Positions 39,316 through 51,150 of a DNA stretch of 58,330 bases are shown piece after piece. How positions within the stretch are numbered: position 1 is the first letter of the stretch; each line of letters starts with the position of its first letter. A program made the translations under genes and the position numbers. The stretch covers positions 62,001-120,330 of the forward strand of contig MU057840.1 in the NCBI GenBank assembly GCA_013265495.1, written 5' to 3'. The notes beneath the pieces were generated by a model that was given only the letters and a program-made list of their open reading frames with translations, was not told the origin of the DNA and did no database searches. Source of the DNA: Vicugna vicugna (lineage: Eukaryota).

Positions 39316-41767
39316 AAAAAGTAAATTGATGTAACAGTCATGTCAATTCATGAAGTTGCCCAAACCATTTTTTCATCTTAAAAAAAATGCTTAAACTCTA
39401 TTACATGAAATAAAAATTACAATAGCAGTTTATCATCTGGGGCCAGGCACCTACTGCATTCCCTGAACACTACAAGGCTAATTTGCAGAGCTAATGGTAT
39501 GTTTCCTCTGCTAAAGAATGTAATTTTAAAGCTGGTCAAAATTTGTCATCTGTATATTAACAGATCCAGATGCCTACAGAGCCAGAAAAGAGAGGACGTC
39601 TTCTCCGGCTGACTTCCTACAGAGAGGCAAATTCTGACCCATAAGACTGGTCCCCTCACTGGCTAAAGCATTCTATTCTACTTTGAAATGGATTTCTGAG
39701 ATCAATTTTCAACATCAAATGAAAATATAATATAGAAAGAATGTATGTGAAACTACATAGTCTCAAAAACCGTAATGCACTAGACACACTTGTAATAAGT
39801 CATTCTATCACAAACTCAGACCTGTTCAGACCCACTTTGGTGAAAACCACCTAGTGAAGCTAGTCTGCTTTGTCTATTCTGCAGTCTTCGCTAAATGCTG
39901 GAACCGTGCCCGAACTCCAAATGAGAGGAAAGGGTAGTGGGGACAAGGACAAAAACTACTTAAGTCAAAACACACGACTAAATCAGAGTCAAAATGGGCC
40001 ACTTTGGCCTTTAAATGACCAGATACAAATTAACTACAGAAAAATTACCAAGAGTTAATATTGTTTCAAAAAGAACTCTCCCTAGGAAGCTGATGATACG
40101 GAGAGTGAACACAAAAGCCATGAATCACTTATGAAAAATTCTGGCATCTAATATTCCCATCTGTTTAACATAGCAAGATCTGATGCAGTGCCACACTTTT
40201 GCCAACAACCTGAGTAAGCAAATCCATGGTTAAACAGGATTTTCAAAAGAAATGAATCAAGCCACAAATGTAAACACCATACAACTATTATTTCAAAAAC
40301 AACAGCAAAGTATATGCAATGTAAGAAAAGATGCATATATATATTTTAGAGGAAGCACCGCCTTTCATAAATAAGTAAAACAATTAAGAGGGTTAGGGAG
40401 CTCTTATTCTCAAAGACTTCACTTAGAGTGCAGGTCTAGTATCTGCAGTGCACAGTTCTCTTCCCAGTTTTTTGTGGTTATATAATAAAGGTTGCACTAA
40501 AGCACAAAGAGGGGGGCAGGGAATTACCACAGTTGTACTTAACAGCTGTGCTGGGAAGCTATTCTTTTAAAATCAGTGGGTCTTTTTAGGGAGATATGGA
40601 AAGAAAAACAAACTGGGCACATGTTTATACTCTGCCTAAAGGGCTAGAAACCCAACATAACAGAAAATAGGCTCCTGTAAACTCCAACAGCTGTTCTGAT
40701 TATTTAACAAAAACCAAGAGTTGGAAAATTGTTTTTACAACCAATAAGTATAATGTTTAAATGTGATCCACACTTCCCCCAAAATATCTATTAATTACTC
40801 AAATAAAAAATACACAAAAGCCTGAAAAAAAAATTCTTAACTGACGTTCTTAAAAAACTAGACACAAACAAAACACTTGAAATAACTGAAATGAAATTGG
40901 TGCAGTTAAATTAAACTGGAATTAAATTCTCACAGCATGAATTTGAGCTCTGGCAGCTGCTTCATACACCTAAGGTAAATAAAGCCTGAGTCTTTACTTG
41001 TACAGAACAATTTCTCCAATCAACATTTCCATCCACGTTTAACAGTCTCCCCAATCCACATACGCATCCATCTCACAATTAACATTCAAAGTAATTCAGA
41101 TGGAAACTAGAGTTAATCTCAATTATCCTGGGTGACACTAAAATAAAAAAAATCAATCAACAATTTAAGTGTCAGCCCCAGATTACCCAAGTTAAGCTGT
41201 TTTTTAAAAATATTATATTAGAGTATTTCTCCAACATATTATCTATCAATTATCCCAGGGAAACATCTGTGGCAAGAAAAAACCAACAAATTGCTCCCTA
41301 GAAATTTCAGCATGATCTTCACAAACTTTGACCAAAATCTTACCATCCCAACATTGTGCAACAAATGTTCAAAACAAAGGAATGAATAATAATCTATTAT
41401 TTAAAACAAAGAATATCTGAGCATGTTCAGTAAGGACAAAGATTTAAAGAAGACAAAACAACAAGTGTACGATCACAGTCAGTTACATTAAACCTGCAGG
41501 GACATGACAGCTAATCACCAGCCTGCTCATCCTGGTGATGAGACAGTACAAGAACAGTCCATAAAGGTCTTCAAGGCGGGTCAAGGATAAGTAGGCAAGC
41601 AAATTTCACAACTCAGGGGATGCTACTGGTATACAGCGGGCAGACTCCAGGGATGCTGCTAAACATCTCACAATGCACAAAAGAATCCACTCTCTCCATC
41701 CAAAAAAGAATTATCTGGACCAAAATATCAAACATGGTGAGGGTGACAAACCCTGGGCTAACCTTAC

Positions 41768-41914
41768 CTGGACTTCTGACGCTGTTACACAAGTTGAGGG
41801 TGAGGTCATCCAGGATCCTGGAGAGGGACGCAAAATCTGCCAGTTGCATGTGTGGGGATCATCGGGGTCTGCTGCAGTCATCTTTTAACTTAGCTTCACC
41901 AGCATTTTTAATAC
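41768..41914 (-). pseudogene. COL12A1: COL12A1-derived exon (end of VWA domain), 147 bp, with +1/-1 frameshifts and an internal TGA
   Basis: cccaag|GT ATT AAA AAT GCT...AGT CCA G|gtaagg; reads IKNAGEAKL(+1)[11 protein letters not shown](-1)[24 protein letters not shown] versus recalled [48 protein letters not shown]. TGA at 41859-41861 in the shifted frame. Confidence 0.92.
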
Positions 41915-42484
41915 CTTGGGAAAATGGATGCATACAAATCAAAAAACAAGTCTCAGAAAAAAATCAATGGAATAAAGCAAACATTTCACGGGCTACCCCT
42001 ATGTATTCAGTATTAACTAGAACGTAGATATGATGTTCCTCTCAATAATCAGATGACTACATATCTTTAGTTATAAAATAGACACAAAAAATAATATTAA
42101 CCAAAGTCTATTTTGTTTAGATTCTCCTAAATGCTCCTAGCACCAATTCCCCACCAAAAAGTGTCTCTTCAAAGTTTTTTCTGTAAATTAAAAATAACAG
42201 ACATCAAAAATAATCACAGTGCTGTGGAAAGTCAAACAGAAACTTTCCTGAATCCTATCTGTCCTCTTGACCCATTACTCTCTTCCAAGAAGCCAGAGTT
42301 TCAGGTCATTACAAGGAGAAAAGAAGAAAACGAATTAATGTCCTGGCACAGCATTTTGATAAATTATGTAATAGGGAAAATGTGTTTGCTTGTCTGTCCA
42401 TGCTTCAGAAAATGTTATTAACTTCAAAACTATCCTCAGCACACTTCTACGCCCGGGGGCACAGCCAGTCTCTTCAGTGCTTAC

Positions 42485-42634
42485 CAACAGCAAACGGCTC
42501 CACACCTTCATCCTTGAGTTGCTTTGATGGGGTCTCAACGTCATCAGTGATGAGAACATCAATTTTTCGAGCTTGACGCCTCATGCCAGCTTGGGTCTTG
42601 AAGCTCTGTTGGTGAATGAAGTTTAAAGCCATGT
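42485..42634 (-). pseudogene. COL12A1: COL12A1-derived VWA exon, 150 bp, open frame with an in-frame 15-bp deletion
   Basis: cgctag|AC ATG GCT TTA...GCT GTT G|gtaagc; [49 protein letters not shown] versus recalled [54 protein letters not shown]. Confidence 0.93.
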
Positions 42635-42732
42635 CTAGCGGGATTTTTAAAAGAGAAGCCATCACATAGTTATTCAGCCACAAGCTTTGACCACAAGCAA
42701 GAGCTCCAAGCGCACCAGACACTTTGATTCAC

Positions 42733-42816
42733 CTGTGAGGGTCCTGCCTCCTTTGTGAGGTAAGTTTGCCACAGCCTGCAGCAAGCTCTTCTTGTCTCTC
42801 TGAGCATTTAAGTGCC
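42733..42816 (-). pseudogene. COL12A1: 5'-truncated COL12A1-derived VWA exon, 84 bp
   Basis: GG CAC TTA AAT GCT CAG AGA GAC AAG AAG AGC...CTC ACA G|gtgaat = [27 protein letters not shown] versus recalled [27 protein letters not shown]. The LAQYSGDPRTE part is missing. Confidence 0.9.
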
Positions 42817-43206
42817 CTATAATAGTAAGGTGAATTCAAAATATCTAAGGGATATACACAGGAATCATTACAAACAAAACAGTTCAAAATACGTATTTAT
42901 AAAAAGGGTTAAGTCAGAAAGCATATACTTTCATAACCAATGAAAATTATCATAACACAGTGTTACCCAAGTGGAAATATAAAGGGTACACAGTTCAGAA
43001 GATTAGGTTAGCATGAGAACATTAATATGTAGAATCATTTTAGCAGGAAGTAGATAGGTAAAAATCATGTGCTATTTAGGCATCCTATCTAAACATTATA
43101 ATGTAATTCATTACAGAATCAGTTTCAGACATTTACAAAGGAAGCAGATGCATTAATTGCCCTTTAAAACATTGCACACTTTCCCCCCTAAATTATCAGT
43201 TTGTAC

Positions 43207-43469
43207 CTGTCGTGCCTGATACTTGCCTAAGCTTCCCCTCTTCTCTCTTGTAATCTGCGAGAACTGTGATGTTGTATGTGGTCTGGGGCTGAAGCCGCTT
43301 TAACACTGTGGAGGTGACTGTGGGTGGCACTTTGGCCCACCAGCTGTCTCCTGCCCCCATGGGGCTGATAGACAACACTGTAGCTGATGACTTTCCCAGG
43401 TGCTGGTTTCCAGGTGACTCTTGTGTTTTGTTTCTTCAGCCACTTTCAAGGTTTTCAAATCTTCCAACA
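43207..43469 (-). pseudogene. COL12A1: COL12A1-derived fibronectin type III exon, 263 bp, frameshifted
   Basis: tctcag|TG TTG GAA GAT...ACG ACA G|gtacaa; pieces KTLKVAEET / [22 protein letters not shown] / [26 protein letters not shown]...[11 protein letters not shown] lie in shifted frames (net -5 then +1 nt). Confidence 0.93.
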
Positions 43470-44299
43470 CTGAGAGATAAAAGGAAGATGACAATGTTAC
43501 ACCAGGTGAAAGAAAATGTTTATGCCCGCCTCCCTCATTTATGTGAAAAGACACTATCTAGTTTCCTAAGTGTACACACTATTCTGTTACTTAGCGTCGT
43601 GATCTCTCATAAGTTCAGGATGGCGTGTGAGCCTAATCTCAGTGAGATCACAGTAAGTTCTCTTTATCTGGCTGGTAACTAAAAAATGGAAGTAAACATT
43701 GCAAGGATTTCCTACTATTTGCATTCCAGAGACTTTAGTAAAGAAAACACCCATTTCTGGATATAAACTTCAGAGTTTTTATTATATTTCTATTTGTAAA
43801 GAATTCCGATAGCAAACATATTGTGGGGAATACTAAAAATTATGAATACAGGGTCAGAAATATTACTTGAGTCTTTTCAGAAAAAGGTACAATGAATAAG
43901 TGACTAGTCAGAGTGTCTATAGTTCACTCTATCCTTTGTGATTGCCATCAACATGTAAGGCTATCAGCAGAGAGGAACAGGAAACTCTGACACAGAAAAA
44001 TATCTCAAGGGCTCTGGAGATGAACTGGGATACAATGAGTGGCTTTATGAAGCACTATATGTAAAAAATGTTTAATATACAAACATACCATTTATTAAGT
44101 TATCTTTCAATAACTATCAGAAACAGGTGGCCAAATACACAAATAGCCAAACATCCCTTTTCCACACATAATTGGACCTCATAAGCAGGAGCATTTCATT
44201 CAGTTCAGTCATCTCAGCATTCGAAGGTCATAAGCATCTTCTATAGGGAGAGACTAAGCTGAAGAAAACACTGGGAAGAACTTGCCTGGATTCTAAAAG

Positions 44300-45080
44300 A
44301 AATTTTCATGCTCAAACAGGCAAGGATCACTTGAAAAAGCTAAAAACATAATCCTGCAAAAAATTTTAAAAATATATATATACATATATATGACCATTTT
44401 TCAGACACTGGACATCAGGCAGCACAGGACTAGGACCCTGAGTGATGAGAAACAAATGAGAATGAGCCTGACCACTGCCCTGACTCACTGCTTAAAGCGT
44501 GTTCCCAGCCCCAGTACAGGAAGGGGGAACCCAGATAGAGCCTGGTGGTCTCCCTTCATTGAGGAGGTGGTTTTCTGAGTCTCTGGAGTCCAAGGCACCC
44601 AGAACACACCGAGCAAAGTCCTGCAGAGGAGATGGCGCTACAGAGAAAAAGTTTCAAAAATCTGCAACCCAGTACTAATCAGGGCACAGGAATGAAGAAA
44701 CTACCGAAACCAAAGAAAGAACCACCTAAAAGGAGCAGAAGGAACAATTCCTGGAGCTCACGCAGGGCCAGAAACATTCCCTCCCGCCAGAGTACACCAC
44801 CTCACAGTCCCCTGAACATTGTAAGACGCACTAAGGAGGTTACTCCCCCAGGAGGGGAGCAAAATGAGCCCTGAACTAAAGGTTTCTCTGGTCTAGCGCT
44901 AACAGAGTTTAAAAGAAAGCTTCAAAAATATCAAGCTGTCTCCAAANNNNNNNNNNNNNNNNNNNNNNNNNNNNNNNNNNNNNNNNNNNNNNNNNNNNNN
45001 NNNNNNNNNNNNNNNNNNNNNNNNNNNATTGTTTGACATAAAAAATACCAGATATGCAAAGAAAGAAAAAAAATAGCACC
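44300..45080 (+). mobile_element. Old L1M 5'/ORF1-proximal fragment, interrupted by a gap
   Basis: ttttcagacactggacatcaggcagcacaggac...; continues after the MLT1 insertion and probably again at 46529-46845. Confidence 0.5.
44947..45027. other. Assembly gap (81 N)
   Basis: Run of N. Confidence 1.
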
Positions 45081-45084
45081 CATA

Positions 45085-45440
45085 CTGTGGACTGAATGAT
45101 TGTGTCTCCCCAATATTCCTGTTAAAGCCTTAATCGCCAATGTGATAGTATTTGGACCTTTGGGGAAGTAATTAGTATTAAATGAGGTCCTAAACGTAAG
45201 GCCCTAATCTGATGGAACTGGGATCCTTCTAAGAGGATGAGGAGACATTAGAGCTTGTGTGCTCTCTCTCTCTCTGTCTCTCTCTCTCTCTGTCTCTGTC
45301 TCTCTCCCCCAAGCACAGACTGAGGAAAGGCCACGGGAAACCAAATTCTTCCAGAACTTTAACCTGGACTTCTAGCATCCAGAAGTATGAGAAAATAAAT
45401 TTCTTGTTTAAGCCACCCAGTCAACATTATTTTATTAGGA
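45085..45440 (+). mobile_element. MLT1A-like solo LTR with internal (CT)n
   Basis: tgtggactgaatgattgtgtctcccc...aatgtgatagtatttgga...ggacttctagcatccagaagtatgagaaaataaatttcttgtttaagccacccagtc. Confidence 0.8.
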
Positions 45441-45499
45441 CCGTTAGAGGTAAGGTACCCATAATAAGCAGAAAAATGAATCAACAGAAACAGAACTAA

Positions 45500-45757
45500 A
45501 AACAAATGTATGGTTACCGGTAGTGGGAAGGAATAAATTGGGACTTCAAGATTTGCAGATACTACTAGACATAAAAGAGATAAAAAGCAAGTTTATACTG
45601 TGCAGCAGAGGGAACTATATTCAATGACTTGTAGTGGCCTATAATGAAAGAGAACATGAATATGAATCTATGTGGGTATACAGATGAATGACCTATTCCG
45701 CTGCACACCAGACATTAGTGCAACATTGTAAACTGACTATACTTCAAGTTTCTAAAA
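45500..45757 (+). mobile_element. Camelid-type L1 3' UTR end
   Basis: ggaaggaataaattgggacttcaagatttgcagatac...gggaactatattcaatgacttgtagtggcc...caacattgtaaactgactatacttcaa. Confidence 0.8.
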
Positions 45758-46528
45758 AGGAACACTCGATGGGGCTTTTTGTGTAGACCTACACCGTTGG
45801 AAATGCCTCATAGGGTAACTATGTGGTTTCCTTTCCTCACAGAACTACGTCTTAGATCTGTGGGAAAGAACTACAAGGCAGAGCTGCTAAATAAACTATG
45901 AGAAACCTAACAAGCTCTTTCATCTTAGGTGCTGGCATATCCCAACAATCAGTACTGCTCCAGGGTGTGATAAGCTTAGGAGTAAACATGATTTGAACTT
46001 AATGCATGTTCAGAGACTGTCTAAAATTCAGAACCAGGCAGATCTATCTTCCCTGACCCCAAATACGTTAATAGTCCTAAAGTAAACTGGTTGAGGAAAC
46101 TGGATCCCAAAGATTACAGGTGAGGAGTTTTTGAAGTGTGTCCATGTTCCACTGGAGATGAAAGAAGCCCAATTTTTAAAAGAATTATGAACTGACTGAC
46201 ATGACAACTGCTGACTGAGCAAAACTTCTTTTTTAAAGGGCTTTCCTGAAGATTACAACTCAAACATTGGAGGAGCAAAGGTGATGGGGTGATGGGCAGT
46301 GGAAGGAATCAGAACATGTGAAATTCTTAAAAAATGTATTGACTTAAGTAATTCTGCCTATGTTACACAATACTTTACACTTAAAGAAAAGAAACTGAAC
46401 TACAAATAGCATGTATGGCTTTACACTAAAAAATTATTCAAAAGGGACACTAAACAGCTATTATAACCATATTCCATATGTTACTGATAGAAACCAAAGA
46501 AAGAACCACCTAAAAGGAGCAGAAGGAA

Positions 46529-46845
46529 AAATATTAACCATGCTAAGTAAACACATAGAACATTTAAGAAAAATTCAAAGCAAACTTCTGGAGGTGAAAA
46601 ATACAGTATCTAAGATGAAAAATGCACAGGATGGTACTAGCAGCAGATTAGAAACTGCAGGAAAAAATACTGATAAATTTGATGGCATAATAGAAACTAC
46701 CCAAAAGGAAGTGCAAAGAAAGAAAACTGAGTAACAGCACAACAGTGAGCTGTGTGATAACCCCAAGCAGACTAACACACGTAGAACTCGAGTACCTGGA
46801 GAAAGTAGGGGTAATAAATAAAATGTTTGAAGAAATAATGGCCTC
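46529..46845 (+). mobile_element. Old L1M ORF1 coiled-coil remnant
   Basis: ORF 46411..46734 contains KLLEVKNTVSKMKNAQDGTSSRLETAGK, typical of the L1 ORF1p coiled coil. Confidence 0.7.
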
Positions 46846-46849
46846 AGTG

Positions 46850-48215
46850 CCATACTGCCCAAGGCAACATACAGATGCAATACAGTCCCCATCAAATTAC
46901 CGACGACACTCTTCACAGAGCTGGAATAAGCGTTAAACTTTGTATGGAAACACAAAAGACCCCAAATAGTCAAAACAATCTTGAAAAAGAAGAACAGAAT
47001 TGGGGGAATCATGCTCCCTGACTTCAGACTATACTACAAAGCTACAGCAATCAACAGTATGGCACTGGCACAAAAACAGACACATAGATCAATGAAACAG
47101 GATAGAAAGTCCAGAAATAAACCCGCCTATTTAGTCAATTAATCTATGACAAAGCAGGCAAGAATATACAATGGAGAAAAGACAGGCTTTTCTATAAGTG
47201 GTGCTGGGAAAACTGGACAGCTACCTGTGAAAGACTGAAATTAGAACATTCTCTTCCACCATGTACAAAAATAAACTCAAAATGGATAAAAGACCTCAAA
47301 GTAACACCAGATACTGTAAAACTCCTAGAGCAAAAAATAGGCACAACACTCGCAGACATACATTACAGAAAGACATTTTCTGAACCAGCTCCTGGAGTAT
47401 TGGAAATAAAAGCAAAAACAAACAGATGGGATCTAATTAAGCTTCAAGGCTTTTGCACAACTAAGGACACCATCAACAAAACGAAAAGACAACCTACAAA
47501 ATGGGAGAAACTCTTTGCAAATGTGACTGAGACTAATTTCCAAACTATACAAATAGCTCATACATCTTAATATCAAAGAAACAAGCAACCCAATCCAAAA
47601 ATGGGCAGAAGACCTAAACAAGCAATTCTCCAATGAAGACATACAAATAGCCAACAGACACATGAAAAAATGCTCAGCATCGCTAATTGTCACAGAAATG
47701 CAGATCAAAACTACAACATGATATCACTTTACACCAGCCAGAATAGCCACCATTGAGAAGTCTACAGATGACAGATGCTGCAGAGGGTGTGGAGAAAAGG
47801 GAACCCTTCCACACTGTTGGTGGAGTCTAGATTGGTGCAGCCACTATGGAGGACAGTACAGAGGTTCCTTAAAAAAATGAAAATAGACCTACCATGGGAT
47901 CCAGCAATCCCACTGCTGGACATGTATCTGGAAAAAATAAAATTCAAAAAGACACATGCACCCCAGTGCTCACAGCAGCAATATTTACGATAGCCAAGAT
48001 ACGGAAACACCCCAAATGTCCACTGACAGATGACTGGATAAAGAAGATCTGGTACGTATATACAATGGAACACTACTCAGCCACACAAAAAGAAAATAAT
48101 GCCATCTGCAGCCAGACGGACGGACCTGAAGACTGTCATTCTAAGTGAAGTGGGCCGGAAAGGGAAAGAAAAATGCCATACAACATCATTTATATGAGGA
48201 ATCTAAAAAATATCA
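46850..48215 (+). mobile_element. L1 ORF2 3' portion (defective)
   Basis: ctgcccaaggcaacatacagatgcaatacagtccccatcaaattacc...ctccctgacttcagactatactacaaagctaca...; CCHC-region peptide [45 protein letters not shown]. Many stops and shifts. Confidence 0.95.
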
Positions 48216-48524
48216 ATAATAATAAGGCCACCAATGTACTAATTATCATTTTGACTTCTTGAATATGTGTAAGCACATCTGACTGTCCTTTATGACTGGA
48301 TTACCATATTCTGTTGATTCTTATTTTGTAGTTGGCTTTATTCCTTTAATAACTATGTAAGTTTAAAAACCTAATCTCTTCTCAGAATCAGTAAGTAGTC
48401 CATATATGTAAACTAAAAAAAAGTACAGTATACTGTATCTATGTATCTACATACAATATAATCTGTATGTGCAGTCGAACTGTAGTAACTCTACCTAATA
48501 AAACTGGAAAAGGAGGGAAGAAAA

Positions 48525-49346
48525 AACAAACCAGACATACGGATCAATGAAACAGAATAGAGAGCCCAGACATAAACCCACAAACATTCAGTCAATTCAT
48601 CTTCGACAAAGAAGGCAAGAACATACAGTGGAGTAAAGACAGTCTCTTCAGCAAAGCATGCAGGGAAAACTGGACAGCTGCATGTAAATCAATGAAGTCA
48701 GAATACTCCCTCATACCCTGCACAGAAACGAATTCAAAATGGCTTCAAGACTTAAACATAAGACAAGACACTATACACCTCTTCGGCGAAAACTTAATCT
48801 TACATACATCTCAGCAGTTCTGTCCTAGGGCAGTCTACTCCAGCAATAGAAATAAAAGCACAAATAAACAAACAAATGGGACCAAGCTGAATTTATCAGC
48901 TTTTGCACAGCAAAGAAAACCATAAGCAAAACAGAAGGACAACCTACGAGATGGGAGAAAACATTTGCAAAAGATGAGACTGACAAGGGGTTAATTTCCA
49001 GAATACAGAAACAGCTCATACAACTGAATAACCAAAAAACAACTCAATCCAAAAATGGACAGAAAATCTAAACCAGCATTTCTCCAATGAAGACATACAA
49101 ATGGCCACCAGGCACATGAAAAAAGGCTCAATGTTGCTAATTATCAAAGAAATACAAGTCAAAACTACAATGAGGTATCATGTCACACCAGTCAGAAAGG
49201 CCTTCATTCCAAAGTCCACAAAGGATAAATGCTGGAGAGGCTGCGGAGAAAAGGAAACCCTCCTACACTGTTGGTGGAAATGGAGCTTTGTGCAGCCACT
49301 GTGGAAAACAGGAGGGAGATTCCTCAAAAGACTAAAAAGACACTTG
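48525..49346 (+). mobile_element. L1 ORF2 fragment, truncated at the CpG-block junction (composite copy 1)
   Basis: [37 protein letters not shown] in ORF 49101..49583, then an abrupt switch to GC-rich non-L1 sequence. Confidence 0.93.
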
Positions 49347-51150
49347 TCAAAAGCTTTTGATCTTGGGGGCAGGCTAACAAGCTCCCAAAGGCCCAGGCCG
49401 CGCCCGGTATTACGCCCCAGCTCGCACAGGGTCTGGGGCGGCCTCCGCTCCCAGGACAGGTCCACCTACGCAGGAAGGCCACGGCCTGAGGGCCAGTCCA
49501 GCGCCCTCCCATCTCCCAGGGCTGCTCCGACTTTCCCAAACCCCTCTGTCAGTGGCGGCCAAGAAAGACGTGGGGTTCAGTGACTGCTGAGCAACTGGGG
49601 CGGCGGGCCCGGGACCTGCCTTAGGGCCCTAACGGGACGCGCGGCCTGGGCCTCACCCACGCACCCCTCCCTGTGCGCCTCCCCAGCTGCACAGCCCAGG
49701 CTTCACCTGCCGACTCCTCGACCTGCTCGCCCTGACCAGCGCCCCCTTACCTGCTTGGCGACAGCAGCAGAAGCGACAGCAAGAGGCCGGTGGCCCAGGC
49801 CCCAGGTGCACTCCTCCTTCGGGAGCCGGTTCAGGAGCACCGGGCTCCCGCCCGCGTCCGCACGCTCTGGGCGCGCTCCCGCGTCCGCGCACATGCGCGT
49901 TGGTGCGCTCCCCTCCCCCTCCCGCCCTCCGCGTGGACACTAGTCTTGGGCTCCTGCAGTAGGGTCCCTGCGACTGAGGCCTGGCGGTGGGGCGGTGGGG
50001 CAGTGGGGCAATGGGGCGGGCCCACCTCGCGGACAGGGCCAGCCAGGCCCCCAACCCCAACGCCCCCACCCTGCCACTCACAGGGTCCCGGCACCCAAGT
50101 AGAATCACCACAGGTTCAGGCCAGGCCACACACCCCAAGGCCCACCCCCCAAGGCCCACACCCCCCGCTCCCCACCCCCGGCCAGGCCTGGTCCCCAATT
50201 GATTGCACAAAGACAAGGCTCCTTCTCCTCACACCGAAGTCCCCGCCCCCAGACTGTGCCCCACTAGGTCCTAAGCTACAGCCCCCACAAATCAAGCTGG
50301 CCTCTCATGCCTCACCCCAGGTCCCCCACCTTACAAAGGTAGTCCCCTCACCCTTCACCCCAGGATTACCCCCATCCCTCAGCCGGGTCCCCCCGCTCCA
50401 AGCGGCCCTCAACTGGGTCACTTCCACTCCTAGTGACCCCCTCACCCCTCAGCCTGTCCCCCTTCACCGCGGGATCCCCAACAACTGTAGTGCACCCCTA
50501 ACCCAGCTGACCCCCTCACCCCTCACCTTTCACCTAACGGGGGCGGGGCCATCCGGTCTCTGATCCCCAGGGCGTCAACCGCCAGACAGGGATCCCAGGC
50601 AGCTTGCGGGCACACAGCCTCGTGTCCCAGGCTCCCGGGCCTGGGCGGGTGGGGCTGGAGGCCGTTCCAAATCCTGCCTGGGCGCCCTGCCCCACTCCCG
50701 TCCCCTCTAACCCCCACGTCCAGTCTGAGCCCATGGGTCAGGGTGGTCCCGGGCTGCACACCACTCACCAGTGGGCTCTGGGTGGTTGATGGTGCTGCCG
50801 GGTGGGAGGGTGCAGCCCGACCCTGGGATGGACAGCAGGAAGCAGCAGCGACGGCAGCGGGCGAAGGAGGCTGCCCTGGGAGAGCCAGTCGACCTGCTAC
50901 CATCTCCCCCGCTGCCTGGCATGGAGCAGCCTCTGCTACCCCAGCCTCCTGGAAAGAATTCCTCCCTGTCAGCCTGCTCCTGGGAGGCAGGGGCGGTGCG
51001 GTCAGGGAGGCGAAGAGGCAGCGGCGGTGGCCATAGGGGCAGATCCGACGGCTGGACTGGGGCTGCCCCACCCTACAGCAGGGATTCGCTTCCATTTCCT
51101 GCTGTCCCTACTCACACTTCAAGAAGCCCGCCTCCCAGGAGCAGATTGAC
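49347..51150. promoter_or_regulatory. CpG-rich block, copy 1 (CpG-island-like; candidate minus-strand first exon ending at donor 49751/49750)
   Basis: Dense CpG especially at 49600-50030, GC box GGGGCGGG (50013-50020), NRF1-like GCACATGCGC near 49889-49898, and minus-strand CAG|GTAAG donor. Promoter activity is inference. Confidence 0.6.

Noticed and set aside
41768..43469. Functional COL12A1 gene segment, or a processed pseudogene
   Set aside because: Frameshifts, a stop, missing intervening exons and loss of GKSQD exclude the functional gene; retained introns exclude retroposition.
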